From positions 1 to 30,631 of IMG/VR virus record IMGVR_UViG_3300014879_000004: a DNA stretch of 30,631 nt; one strand, written 5' to 3'. The stretch comes from a virus. Its lineage: Duplodnaviria > Caudoviricetes. The translations under genes and the position numbers were made by a program. Below are positions 1-7,833 of this stretch, piece by piece. A model generated the notes under the pieces. It made no database searches. It worked only from the letters and a program-made list of their open reading frames with translations, and was not told the origin of the DNA. Position 1 is the first letter of the stretch, and every line of letters begins with the position of its first letter.

Positions 1-317
1 CTGATCTGCGTCCAGCTCACGCGGCCAGCCGCGAGCTGGGGATAATACCCCACCGCGTAGCGCCCGTAGCCATTCGTCAGCATGGCTTGCTCCTCATCCC
101 AGGCCCACGCCTCCAACGCCTCTTCTGCGTCATCAAAGAGCAGCGGGGCAGCATACTGCCCGCGTGGTTCGACCATATCGATCTCGTACTGCCGATACAC
201 CGCCCGCCAGGTCGAGCCGCACGCGAAGCAGGACAGCGCCACATGGACGGCCAGGCCGGGGGCGGTCTCCACGGCGTCTTCGAGGACGCGGGGATGGGTA
301 CAGACGGGGCATACCAT
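1..317 (-). CDS. Zinc-ribbon-like hypothetical protein, partial (runs off left edge; not in ORF track)
   Basis: Hand translation MVCPVCTHPRVLEDAVETAPGLAVHVALSCFACGSTWRAVY... with two CxxC motifs; AAGGAG RBS before ATG 317; promoter at 371-399. Confidence 0.75.
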   Translation of the reverse strand, partial: MVCPVCTHPRVLEDAVETAPGLAVHVALSCFACGSTWRAVYRQYEIDMVEPRGQYAAPLLFDDAEEALEAWAWDEEQAMLTNGYGRYAVGYYPQLAAGRVSWTQI

Positions 318-370
318 CGGGATCTCCTTGTGTGAGTGGGTGGCTGCGTCATCGCAACCGCTATACTAAT

Positions 371-399
371 ATTTTATCCTATTCAAAATGGATAGTCAA
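371..399 (-). promoter_or_regulatory. Sigma70-type leftward promoter TTGACT-N17-TAAAAT
   Basis: -35 at 399-394, -10 at 376-371, 17-nt spacer; the -35 contains the HTH stop codon. Confidence 0.75.
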
Positions 400-408
400 T
401 CCATTTTG
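384..408. promoter_or_regulatory. Operator-like inverted repeat CAAAATGGAT-N5-ATCCATTTTG
   Basis: Perfect 10-bp IR straddling the -35; same half-site recurs at 610-645. Confidence 0.7.
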
Positions 409-593
409 CTAACTTTCTTCGCTCTGCGCTGTAAAATCACATTCCTCACCAGTTTCTCAAGGCGTTGCGTGATCGGGACATCGCCGCGTTCCAGCCGAGA
501 GATGTAATTAGCCGTATAGCCCAACAATTCCCCCATCTGGTGTTGTGTCAGATCGTGGTCTTTGCGTATCTGGCGTAATTCTCCTGGTGTCAT
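396..593 (-). CDS. XRE-family helix-turn-helix regulator (65 aa)
   Basis: MTPGELRQIRKDHDLTQHQMGELLGYTANYISRLERG is a typical HTH_3 pattern; GGAGAGGAAAG RBS supports ATG 593 rather than 656. Confidence 0.9.
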   Translation of the reverse strand: MTPGELRQIRKDHDLTQHQMGELLGYTANYISRLERGDVPITQRLEKLVRNVILQRRAKKVSKMD

Positions 594-609
594 GGCTCGC
601 CTTTCCTCT

Positions 610-656
610 CCAAAATGGATATAATATTGTAAGTATACATTTTGGCGTGTTATCAT
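610..656. promoter_or_regulatory. AT-rich divergent control region: IR CCAAAATGGATA-N12-TATACATTTTGG and candidate rightward promoter TTGTAA-N18-TATCAT
   Basis: 11/12 IR at 610-621 and 634-645; TGn-extended -10 at 651-656. Confidence 0.6.
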
Positions 657-671
657 ACAAGGAGAAGACTG

Positions 672-890
672 GTGTCAAAGACAGGAGGGACGCTCTACGC
701 GATGAGGGCAGAAGGCACTTCGTTGGTCAAAATTGGTTTTACTACAAGGCCAGTACAAGAGCGTCTCAAGCTTTTGCAGACAGGCCAACCCTTCCCGTCA
801 ACGCCAACGCAAGGAGGACACCCATGGACAGCCATGAGTATGACGCCATTCTCCGCAGCCTGGCTGCCACGATGGCGCAGCACGACGTGA
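672..890 (+). pseudogene. Truncated GIY-YIG-like (T5orf172/MUG113-type) remnant
   Basis: AAGGAG RBS + GTG 672; LYAMRAEGTSLVKIGFTTRPVQERLKLLQTGQPFP matches the family N-terminal pattern, similarity stops at about 797. Confidence 0.7.
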
Positions 891-1087
891 TCAATGACGA
901 TATGCGCGCCTTTATGGCCCAGCAAACCGTGATGAATGCCACCATGCAAACCTTCATGCTGCGGGTCGAGACCACTTTTGCGCGGGTGGAGACGACGCTT
1001 GCCAAGGTAGACACCACGCTCCAGGCCGCCACGCGCGTGCTCGAAGGCCTCCTGCCACGCCAGGCGAACGGCCACCCAACCCCCTAG
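824..1087 (+). CDS. Small coiled-coil hypothetical protein (87 aa)
   Basis: AAGGAGG RBS before ATG 824; heptad-like RVETTFARVETTLAKVDTTL. Confidence 0.8.
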   Translation: MDSHEYDAILRSLAATMAQHDVINDDMRAFMAQQTVMNATMQTFMLRVETTFARVETTLAKVDTTLQAATRVLEGLLPRQANGHPTP

Positions 1088-1096
1088 GAGGACGCT

Positions 1097-1318
1097 ATGC
1101 CCCCCCTCGCACTTCCCTTGTGGGCGATGGTGCTGCTCATTGGTATGCCGTGTGCCACGCTCCTGAGCACGGTGGCGCTCTGGTGGCATGGCCTGCGGAC
1201 CCTCGCGCGATACCACCAGGAGACGAGCAAGGCCCTCAGTGACATCACGGCGATTGCCCAGACCATCACGGCGCAAAACCGCGACGTACTGCGCCGCCTG
1301 GAGGAGATGGGACCCTAG
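1097..1318 (+). CDS. Small single-TM membrane protein, paralog of 11225..11464
   Basis: AGGAGG RBS; hydrophobic N-terminus, then WW..L.R.H.ET..AL..Q.I.AQ..LRR. Confidence 0.8.
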   Translation: MPPLALPLWAMVLLIGMPCATLLSTVALWWHGLRTLARYHQETSKALSDITAIAQTITAQNRDVLRRLEEMGP

Positions 1319-1337
1319 GAGCATCAGGGCGCGGACG

Positions 1338-1374
1338 GGATCTCGTGGATCTCTGAGATCCACCGTGCTACCCT
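1338..1374 (+). promoter_or_regulatory. Palindrome GTGGATCTC-T-GAGATCCAC plus extra GGATCTC copy and extended -10 TGcTACCCT
   Basis: Perfect 9-bp IR 1345-1363; third GGATCTC 1338-1344; -10 ends 6 nt before ATG 1381, which has no SD. Confidence 0.55.
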
Positions 1375-1380
1375 TCCCGC

Positions 1381-1566
1381 ATGAAAACCAGCGACCCGAA
1401 ACCCGGTCCCATGCCGCACGGGTACGTGGACATCCACATCGATCTTCCCCGCTTCTTGCGCGACTGGGCGAAGCGCCAGCCCGAAGGCGTCTCGGCGCTG
1501 GTGCGGCGCCTGCTCACGGCGGAGCAGCAGCGGCGCACGCGGCGGCACGCGGACGCCAGCCCTTGA
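1381..1566 (+). CDS. Ribbon-helix-helix (CopG/Arc-like) DNA-binding protein, probably leaderless
   Basis: YVDIHIDLP strand followed by two helices RFLRDWAKR and VSALVRRLL. Confidence 0.6.
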   Translation: MKTSDPKPGPMPHGYVDIHIDLPRFLRDWAKRQPEGVSALVRRLLTAEQQRRTRRHADASP

Positions 1567-1642
1567 CAGGCGGCGGGGGCGGGTGGCATGCTCCCTGGGC
1601 GTGCCAGGCGGGTGGCGCCTGTGTTCTCAAGGGCACAGGCGC
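1563..1642 (+). promoter_or_regulatory. Candidate packaging-operon promoter TTGACA-N18-CATGCT with strong leader hairpin 1615-1642
   Basis: TTGACA overlaps RHH stop; GCGCCTGTG pairs with CACAGGCGC; no U-tract. Confidence 0.5.
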
Positions 1643-1671
1643 GTGCGGCGTGAGACACATGGAATGAGACA

Positions 1672-2253
1672 GTGGCAAATCGTCGGCCGCGGACCGCGAC
1701 ACATGACCCTGCGCCCGTGATGGCGCATCGCCAGCGCCTGGTCGCCCAGTTGCGTGTCCAGGGCTATAGTATTCGCGACATCACCCAGGCCCTGGAGGAG
1801 CACAAGGAAGTCAATCCGGCGACGGGCCAACCCTGGGGCCAGGCGACTGTCGCGCGCGACGTCACGCTCCTGCTCGCCGATTGGAAACGCGACGCGGCGC
1901 GGGACACCGCCAGCCATCAGGCGCAGCACCTCGCCGACCTGCGGGCGGTGCGCAAGGCCGCGTGGGGGGCCGGGGAATGGGGCGCCATTTTGCGCGCGCT
2001 CAAACAAGAAAGTGAGCTGCTCGGGCTCAACGCCCCGCAGAAAGTCGCCCCCACGACACCGGCCGGCGACAAGCCCTGGCAGCCGGACACCACAGGGGCC
2101 ACCGATGCCTTCCTCCACGAAGTCGCGACCCTCCTCGCCCAGTTCGGCGGCGCTGGCACGGACGAGGCTCTTCCAGGGTCTCCGGCTCAATCGCTATCTG
2201 CCCTACTTCCCGACGCCGAAACAGGCCGCGTTTCTCCTCCTCCCGCATCGTGA
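1672..2253 (+). CDS. terS: Terminase small subunit
   Basis: HTH-like N-terminus (LRVQGYSIRDI...ATVARDV), LLGLNAPQKV motif, position before terL. Confidence 0.8.
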   Translation: MANRRPRTATHDPAPVMAHRQRLVAQLRVQGYSIRDITQALEEHKEVNPATGQPWGQATVARDVTLLLADWKRDAARDTASHQAQHLADLRAVRKAAWGAGEWGAILRALKQESELLGLNAPQKVAPTTPAGDKPWQPDTTGATDAFLHEVATLLAQFGGAGTDEALPGSPAQSLSALLPDAETGRVSPPPAS

Positions 2254-3421
2254 AGCCCTGTTTGGCGGCGCGGCCGGTGGGGGCAAGTCGATTGCCCTGC
2301 TCATGGGTGCCCTGCAGTACGTCGATGTCCCAGGGTACGCGGCGCTCCTGCTGCGGCGGCACTACACGGATCTCGCCCTGCCGGGCGCGCTGATGGACGT
2401 CGCGCACGGGTGGCTCGACACGACGGAGGCGCACTGGAACGGCGCCGACCACACGTGGACCTTCCCCACCCGCGGCCGTCCTGCCACCCTCTCGTTTGGC
2501 TACCTGGCCACCGTGAATGACCAGTATCGGTACCAGAGCGCGCAACTCCAATTCGTCGGCTTCGACGAGCTGAGCCAGTTCCGGGAGTCGCAGTACCGCT
2601 ACCTCTTCTCGCGTCTCAGGCGGCCGCTCGGTCTGCCCGTGCCGTTGCGCATGCGGAGCGCCAGCAACCCCGGCGGGACCGGCCACGGGTGGGTCAAGCA
2701 GCGCTTTCTCACCGAAGGCCTGCCCGAGGGCCGCCCCTTCCTGCCCTCGCGGCTGGCGGACAATCCACACCTCGACCAAACGGCGTACATCGCCACCCTG
2801 GCCTACCTCGATCCGCTGACGCGCCAGCAGCTCCTCGAGGGCAACTGGGACGCCGAGGTGGAAGGCGAGCTGTTTCGCCGGGAGTGGTTTCAGGTGGTCG
2901 AGCATGGTCCGCGCGAGGGCCGTGTGGTACGCTATTGGGACCTGGCGGCGACGGCGCCGCGGCCGGGTGCCACCGACCCCGACTGGACCGTCGGCGGCAA
3001 GGTCCGTGCGCAGCGTGGCCAGTATTGGGTGCTCGATGTGCGGCGTATTCGCACCACCCCGAAGGGCGTGGACGACCTGGTGGCGCAGACGGCGAAGGAG
3101 GACGGTCCTGGCGTCGAGATTCATATCGAACAGGAAGGCGGTGCCAGTGGCAAGCTGGTGATCGACCGTTTTCAGCGCGCCGTGTTACCAGGCTATACGG
3201 TGTATGGGCATCCACCCTCGGGCGACAAGGTCACGCGCGCGCGGCCCGCGTCGAGTGCCGCCGAAGCCGGGAATGTGGTGCTGGTCCGTGGGCCATGGAT
3301 CACACCATTCCTCGATGAGCTTGGGTTGTTTCCCTACGGCGATCACGACGATCAGGTCGATATGCTCTCGGGCGCCGTGGCAGTACTGACCCAGGAGCCG
3401 CGCCGTATCCGCGCCTGGTGA
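2105..3421 (+). CDS. terL: Terminase large subunit
   Basis: PTPKQ motif, Walker A GGAAGGGKS, Walker B FVGFDE, SASNPGG, nuclease YWDLA and HDDQVD; ATG 2105 chosen as the likely start (uncertain). Confidence 0.95.
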   Translation: MPSSTKSRPSSPSSAALARTRLFQGLRLNRYLPYFPTPKQAAFLLLPHREALFGGAAGGGKSIALLMGALQYVDVPGYAALLLRRHYTDLALPGALMDVAHGWLDTTEAHWNGADHTWTFPTRGRPATLSFGYLATVNDQYRYQSAQLQFVGFDELSQFRESQYRYLFSRLRRPLGLPVPLRMRSASNPGGTGHGWVKQRFLTEGLPEGRPFLPSRLADNPHLDQTAYIATLAYLDPLTRQQLLEGNWDAEVEGELFRREWFQVVEHGPREGRVVRYWDLAATAPRPGATDPDWTVGGKVRAQRGQYWVLDVRRIRTTPKGVDDLVAQTAKEDGPGVEIHIEQEGGASGKLVIDRFQRAVLPGYTVYGHPPSGDKVTRARPASSAAEAGNVVLVRGPWITPFLDELGLFPYGDHDDQVDMLSGAVAVLTQEPRRIRAW

Positions 3422-3430
3422 GGAGGTCTC

Positions 3431-3622
3431 ATGCGACTCAGGCAGACCCACACGTACGTGATCGTGCCGCTCAGTCCGGCCGCCTACCGCGAGATCCGCG
3501 CCACGCTTCTTGATGCCGGGTACCGCCACGCCTGCCTTGCCGTGGGCACCCCCGAGGAAGTGATCGACATGCACGGCCTGGCGGTGCAGCGCGTGCCAGA
3601 GGAGGAAGGGGACGATGGCTGA
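3431..3622 (+). CDS. Small phage hypothetical protein
   Basis: GAGGAGG RBS; fills the terL-portal gap and overlaps the portal start. Confidence 0.75.
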   Translation: MRLRQTHTYVIVPLSPAAYREIRATLLDAGYRHACLAVGTPEEVIDMHGLAVQRVPEEEGDDG

Positions 3623-4964
3623 CACGAACGGTCATACCCCCACGCCCGGGCTGCTGCGCCAGTTCGCCGCGGCAACGTCCCGCACGCTGCGCGAGGCCCT
3701 GGCGCCCTGGCAGTTCGCGCCAGGCCGCCGCAACCTCGCGCATATCCTCGGCTATAAGCCTGAACTCACCTACGCCGATTACAAAGCGTGCTACGAACGC
3801 CGCGACCTGGCGCATCGCTTGATCCGCGCCTACCCCGAGGCGACGTGGAGCCAGCCGCCGACGGTGCAGGAAGACGATCAGGAGGCCGTGGAGACGCCGT
3901 TCGAGGTCGCCTGGCAATCGCTCGTCATGCGCCTGGGCGTCTACGCCAGGCTGGTGCGCACCGACGTGCTCGCCAACCTGGGCCAATACAGCGTGCTGCT
4001 CCTCGGCCTCCGCGGGCAGCCCGATCTGGCGGCGCCGGCGCGGCCGGTGCGCAGTCCGGACGATGTGCTGTTTTTGGCGCCGTACAGTGAGGAGTTTGCC
4101 GAGATTGAACAGTTCGAGACCAACCCGGCGTCGCCGCTGTTTGGCCAGCCGTCGCTGTACAAAGTCAATTTCAACCGCAGTACCACGTCCTCCAGCCGCA
4201 CGCTGCCGCGCAAGATCGGGTTCGTGCACGGCAGCCGCGTGCTGCACGTCGCCGAAGACTGCCTCGACGATGACGTGTACGGCATTCCACGCCTGAAGCC
4301 GGTCTTTGACCGTCTCGATGACTTGCTCAAGGTCGTTGGTGGATCGGCAGAGTTTTTCTTTCGCGGGGCGCAACGGTTGATTGGGTTAGAGGGGCTCCCC
4401 GATTACCAGTTGCAGCCCGCAGATGAGGCGGCCTTCAAAACGTCTATCGACGAGTTTCAGCATCAGTTGAAAGATTACATCCGGGTCGAAGGGGCCACCA
4501 TCAAAGAACTCAGTGGCACGGCGTCGAGCCCGCGCGATCATTTCGACGTGCTCATTGACCTGATCGCAGGGACAACGGGCATTCCCAAGCGCATCCTGAC
4601 GGGCAGCGAAAGAGGTGAATTAGCGAGCAGTCAGGACGAACAGGCCTGGTTGCAAAGGATTAATCGGCGCCAGCAGACGTTTGCCGAGACGGGCCTGCTG
4701 CGGCCGCTGATCGATCGCCTGCTCCTGCTGGGCGCCTTGCCACCGCCGGCGCAACCGTACACGGTCGCGTGGGAGAATTTGTTCGCCTTGTCAGAAGAAA
4801 AGCAAGCGGTCGTCGCGAAGGACATCGCCACTGCAGCGAATACGCTGTCGCCGGGTATGGCGGAGCGGGTCATCCCGATCCCAGAATATCGTGAAAAGTA
4901 TCTCGGCTTGCCGCCGGAGCCGGATGTGGAGACGGTGGACGTGAACCCAGGGGAGGACCTCTAG
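3615..4964 (+). CDS. Portal protein (DUF1073-like)
   Basis: 449 aa after terL; motifs YERRDLAHRLI, VHGSRVLH, YGIPRL, GIPKRILTGSERGELAS. Confidence 0.9.
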   Translation: MADTNGHTPTPGLLRQFAAATSRTLREALAPWQFAPGRRNLAHILGYKPELTYADYKACYERRDLAHRLIRAYPEATWSQPPTVQEDDQEAVETPFEVAWQSLVMRLGVYARLVRTDVLANLGQYSVLLLGLRGQPDLAAPARPVRSPDDVLFLAPYSEEFAEIEQFETNPASPLFGQPSLYKVNFNRSTTSSSRTLPRKIGFVHGSRVLHVAEDCLDDDVYGIPRLKPVFDRLDDLLKVVGGSAEFFFRGAQRLIGLEGLPDYQLQPADEAAFKTSIDEFQHQLKDYIRVEGATIKELSGTASSPRDHFDVLIDLIAGTTGIPKRILTGSERGELASSQDEQAWLQRINRRQQTFAETGLLRPLIDRLLLLGALPPPAQPYTVAWENLFALSEEKQAVVAKDIATAANTLSPGMAERVIPIPEYREKYLGLPPEPDVETVDVNPGEDL

Positions 4965-4967
4965 CCC

Positions 4968-5915
4968 ATGCCGCTCACCATCCTCGTCGCCGCCAGACCC
5001 GCCCAGCGCCGTTTTGTCGAGACGCCGTCGCGCGTCGAAGCCTGGCAGCTCCTGCACCGCGAAGCCGACCGTGCCTATCCGCAGCTCCGGGAACTCTGGC
5101 AGGTGGTGTTCAGCGACTATCGTGACGCCGTGGACACGGACGCCATGCGTGACGCGTTGCGCCGCCGGAGCATCCTCGACGTCGAGCGGCTCCTCGCGCC
5201 GGCCTGGCAGGAGGTGAGCAGCGAGGCCCGGCTGCCGTTGCAAGCGCTCCTGCGCGAGACCGCACAGCGCAGCGCGGAGGCCGTCCTGCCCGCCACTGAG
5301 GCGGCGCTCGGGGCCGAGATCGCCGTGCAGTTTGGCGTCGTCGTGCCGCAAGCGCTCACCGCCATCGAGACCTACGTCGGGACACAGATCGTCAGCATTG
5401 GCGAGACGACGCTGCAGAGCGTACGCGCGGTGATCCGGAGCGGCTTTGCGCAAGGCCGCAGCATGACCCAGATGATGCGCGACCTGGAAGCCTTCGTCGG
5501 CCTCACGCCGCGCCAGACACAGGCCCTAGAGACCCTGCGCCAACGCCTCCTTGACGCCGGCCAGACGCGGGCCCAGGCGCAGGCGCAGGTGGCGCGGGCG
5601 GCGCGGCGGGCGCTCCAGTTGCGGGTGGAGAGTATCGCACGGACGGAATCGATCTACGCGAGCCTGGAAGGCCAGCAGCAACTGTGGCAGGAAGCGCAGC
5701 GCCAGGGGACGCTCGATCCGGAGCGCTTTCGCCGGACATGGCTCGTGACGCCGGACGATCGACTGTGCCTGACCACCTGCGCGCCGATTCCCGGCATGAA
5801 CCAGAACGGCGTGCGCCTGGGGGAGCCGTTCCAGACGCCGGTGGGACCGGTGATGCATCCACCAGCACATCCGATGTGCCGCTGTGCGGTCAATGGGAGG
5901 GTCATAGATGCCTGA
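4968..5915 (+). CDS. Minor head morphogenesis protein (Mu gpF/SPP1 gp7-like)
   Basis: IARTE, W...DDR.C..C and PPAHPMCRC motifs. Confidence 0.9.
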   Translation: MPLTILVAARPAQRRFVETPSRVEAWQLLHREADRAYPQLRELWQVVFSDYRDAVDTDAMRDALRRRSILDVERLLAPAWQEVSSEARLPLQALLRETAQRSAEAVLPATEAALGAEIAVQFGVVVPQALTAIETYVGTQIVSIGETTLQSVRAVIRSGFAQGRSMTQMMRDLEAFVGLTPRQTQALETLRQRLLDAGQTRAQAQAQVARAARRALQLRVESIARTESIYASLEGQQQLWQEAQRQGTLDPERFRRTWLVTPDDRLCLTTCAPIPGMNQNGVRLGEPFQTPVGPVMHPPAHPMCRCAVNGRVIDA

Positions 5916-6159
5916 CAGTGCGCTCTCGCTTCTGGCCATCTTGCAACGCCATGGCGTGACGCGTGAGGTACTTGAATTCTGGGTGCACGTCCTGGAAAGC
6001 CGCACCAACGGGTCCGTGACGTTCCACCACAACGGGCAGGGCTATCTGGGGAAGTGCGAACTGCGGCTCGCGGGGCAGGCCGTCGAGATGGACAGCAGTT
6101 TACGTTTGACAAATCTGTTGACGTCGCCGATACTTCGCCAAAATTGTCGCTCCTCTTAG
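5908..6159 (+). CDS. Small hypothetical protein, tentatively DUF2292/YezD-like
   Basis: Overlaps upstream stop; helix then GSVTFHHNGQG hairpin pattern; family call is by eye and weak. Confidence 0.6.
   Translation: MPDSALSLLAILQRHGVTREVLEFWVHVLESRTNGSVTFHHNGQGYLGKCELRLAGQAVEMDSSLRLTNLLTSPILRQNCRSS
6106..6134 (+). promoter_or_regulatory. Sigma70-type promoter TTGACA-N17-GATACT inside the 83-aa ORF
   Basis: Consensus -35 6106-6111, 17-nt spacer, -10 6129-6134. Confidence 0.7.
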
Positions 6160-6185
6160 GAGTGGACGCGCCTCTGGAACGCACT

Positions 6186-6230
6186 AAGCGCCACTGTCCC
6201 AGATGATCTCTGGGAGGTGGCGCTTTTTTT
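6186..6230 (+). terminator. Rho-independent terminator within attenuator-like leader
   Basis: AAGCGCCAC/GTGGCGCTT and TCCCAGA/TCTGGGA stems, TGATC loop, T7 run 6224-6230. Confidence 0.85.
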
Positions 6231-6243
6231 GTTGGAGCACGGC

Positions 6244-7833
6244 ATGCCCTGGGTCCCCGCCGACGCGCACCGCCACAAGCGCGGCCTTAGCGCTCGGCAA
6301 GCCCGGCAGTGGGCGCGCGTGGCCAACTCTGTTCTTGCCAGATGTCTTGCTGATGGCGGTTCGCAAGCGCCATGCGAAGCACGAGCTATGCGCGGCGCGA
6401 ACTCTGCCGTAGGAGACCCGGAATTGTCCACACAACGGCGTCTCACCATCCAAACCGCCCTGACGGTCCCGCCTGCTCGTCTCACGCTCAACAACCGCGA
6501 TTACCTCACCGCGCCGGCTGTGCTGATTGTCCAAGGGGTGCTCAACGGCGGCTATATCGACGCCAGTGAACTGCATCCGACGGATTGGAATAACGTCCCG
6601 GTCGTGATCAATCATCCGCTCGACAGCCAGGGCGCACCCATGAGCGCGCGCACGCCCGAGGTCCTCGCGACGTCTGGCGTCGGGCATCTCTATCATGCGC
6701 GCCTCGGCACAGGGTCGCGCCAGGGGCATCCGGTGACCAGCTTACAAGCCGAGCTATGGCTTGACATTGCGCACGTGCAGACGGTCGGTGGCGAAGCCGT
6801 GCAGGCGATGGCGATGCTCGAAGCGCAGACGCCTTTAGAGCTGTCGACCGGCTTTTACTCGCAGGCCGAAGCGACACACGGACAGTTTTATGGCGTGCCG
6901 TATGAGGAAGTGCACCGCGACCTGCGGCCTGACCATCTCGCCCTCTTACCCAACGGCGTCGGCGCCTGCGACTGGCAGAGCGGCTGCGGCTCGCCGCGCC
7001 TGCATCAGCACTGCCCCTGCCATGAGGAGACGTCTATGGAGCATCCCCCCGCGCGCGGCTGGCGCGGCTTTGTCTCGACGCTCAAGACCTTCGTGCATCA
7101 CGCCGAGGAAGGTCTGGCAATCAACCAGACGGATGCCGATACGCGCGAAGCGCTCTACGGCGCCCTGGCGCGCGAGATGGGCGTGGACGTCACGCCGATC
7201 TTTCTCGATGCGCTCGATATGGAAGCGCAGACGTTTACCTATCGTCAAGGGGAGCGCTTGCTGCAGCGGTCCTGGACGGAGGAAGGCGGCCAGATCATGC
7301 TCACGGCCGATACGCGCGACGTGCAGCGGGATACCCGGTATATCCCCGTGACGCAAGAACAGGAGGATTCTATGCCCCCGAGTGCGGCAGTCAACGCGCG
7401 GGTGACTGCGCTGATTACCAATGACCAGACCCCATGGGGCGAAGCGGACCGGCCCCAGCTCGAGGCCATGACGGAAGCGCAGCTCCAGCGCTTCGAGCCG
7501 ACGCCACCAGCGGCGGCGCCCGCCACATTTGACGAAGCGATTGCGACCCTCCCGGCGCATCTGCGGGCGTCCGTCGGGCAGATGGCGCGCGAGCATGACA
7601 CGCGCAAGCAGGCCGCCATCACGGCGCTCGTCGCCGCCAAATATCCCCTCAGCGAGACGCGGCTGACGGCACTCGATCTGGACGAACTGGAGCGGCTCGC
7701 GGCCCTGACCGCAGATCCAGGCACCTCCTACGCCGGCCAGGGACTCCCCCATGTGCGACCGCAGGACGGCGGCGAGGAGAGCTGGCAGCCGTTGTCCATC
7801 CTCACGAAGAAGGAGGAGCGCCGTGGCCAATGA
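6244..7833 (+). CDS. Prohead protease (DUF2213-like) with N-terminal ChaB-like domain and C-terminal scaffold
   Basis: VPVVINHP, ELSTGF, PDHLALLP..GAC motifs; GGAG RBS before ATG 6244; in-frame internal RBS+ATG at 7036 and 7372. Confidence 0.85.
   Translation: MPWVPADAHRHKRGLSARQARQWARVANSVLARCLADGGSQAPCEARAMRGANSAVGDPELSTQRRLTIQTALTVPPARLTLNNRDYLTAPAVLIVQGVLNGGYIDASELHPTDWNNVPVVINHPLDSQGAPMSARTPEVLATSGVGHLYHARLGTGSRQGHPVTSLQAELWLDIAHVQTVGGEAVQAMAMLEAQTPLELSTGFYSQAEATHGQFYGVPYEEVHRDLRPDHLALLPNGVGACDWQSGCGSPRLHQHCPCHEETSMEHPPARGWRGFVSTLKTFVHHAEEGLAINQTDADTREALYGALAREMGVDVTPIFLDALDMEAQTFTYRQGERLLQRSWTEEGGQIMLTADTRDVQRDTRYIPVTQEQEDSMPPSAAVNARVTALITNDQTPWGEADRPQLEAMTEAQLQRFEPTPPAAAPATFDEAIATLPAHLRASVGQMAREHDTRKQAAITALVAAKYPLSETRLTALDLDELERLAALTADPGTSYAGQGLPHVRPQDGGEESWQPLSILTKKEERRGQ

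Noticed and set aside
1615-1642. Intrinsic terminator before terS
   Set aside because: Strong stem but no U-tract on either strand; kept only as a leader hairpin
3615-4964. Anti-CBASS nuclease label sometimes attached to DUF1073-like proteins
   Set aside because: Size, motifs and position after terL indicate a portal; no paired HxT phosphoesterase motifs seen
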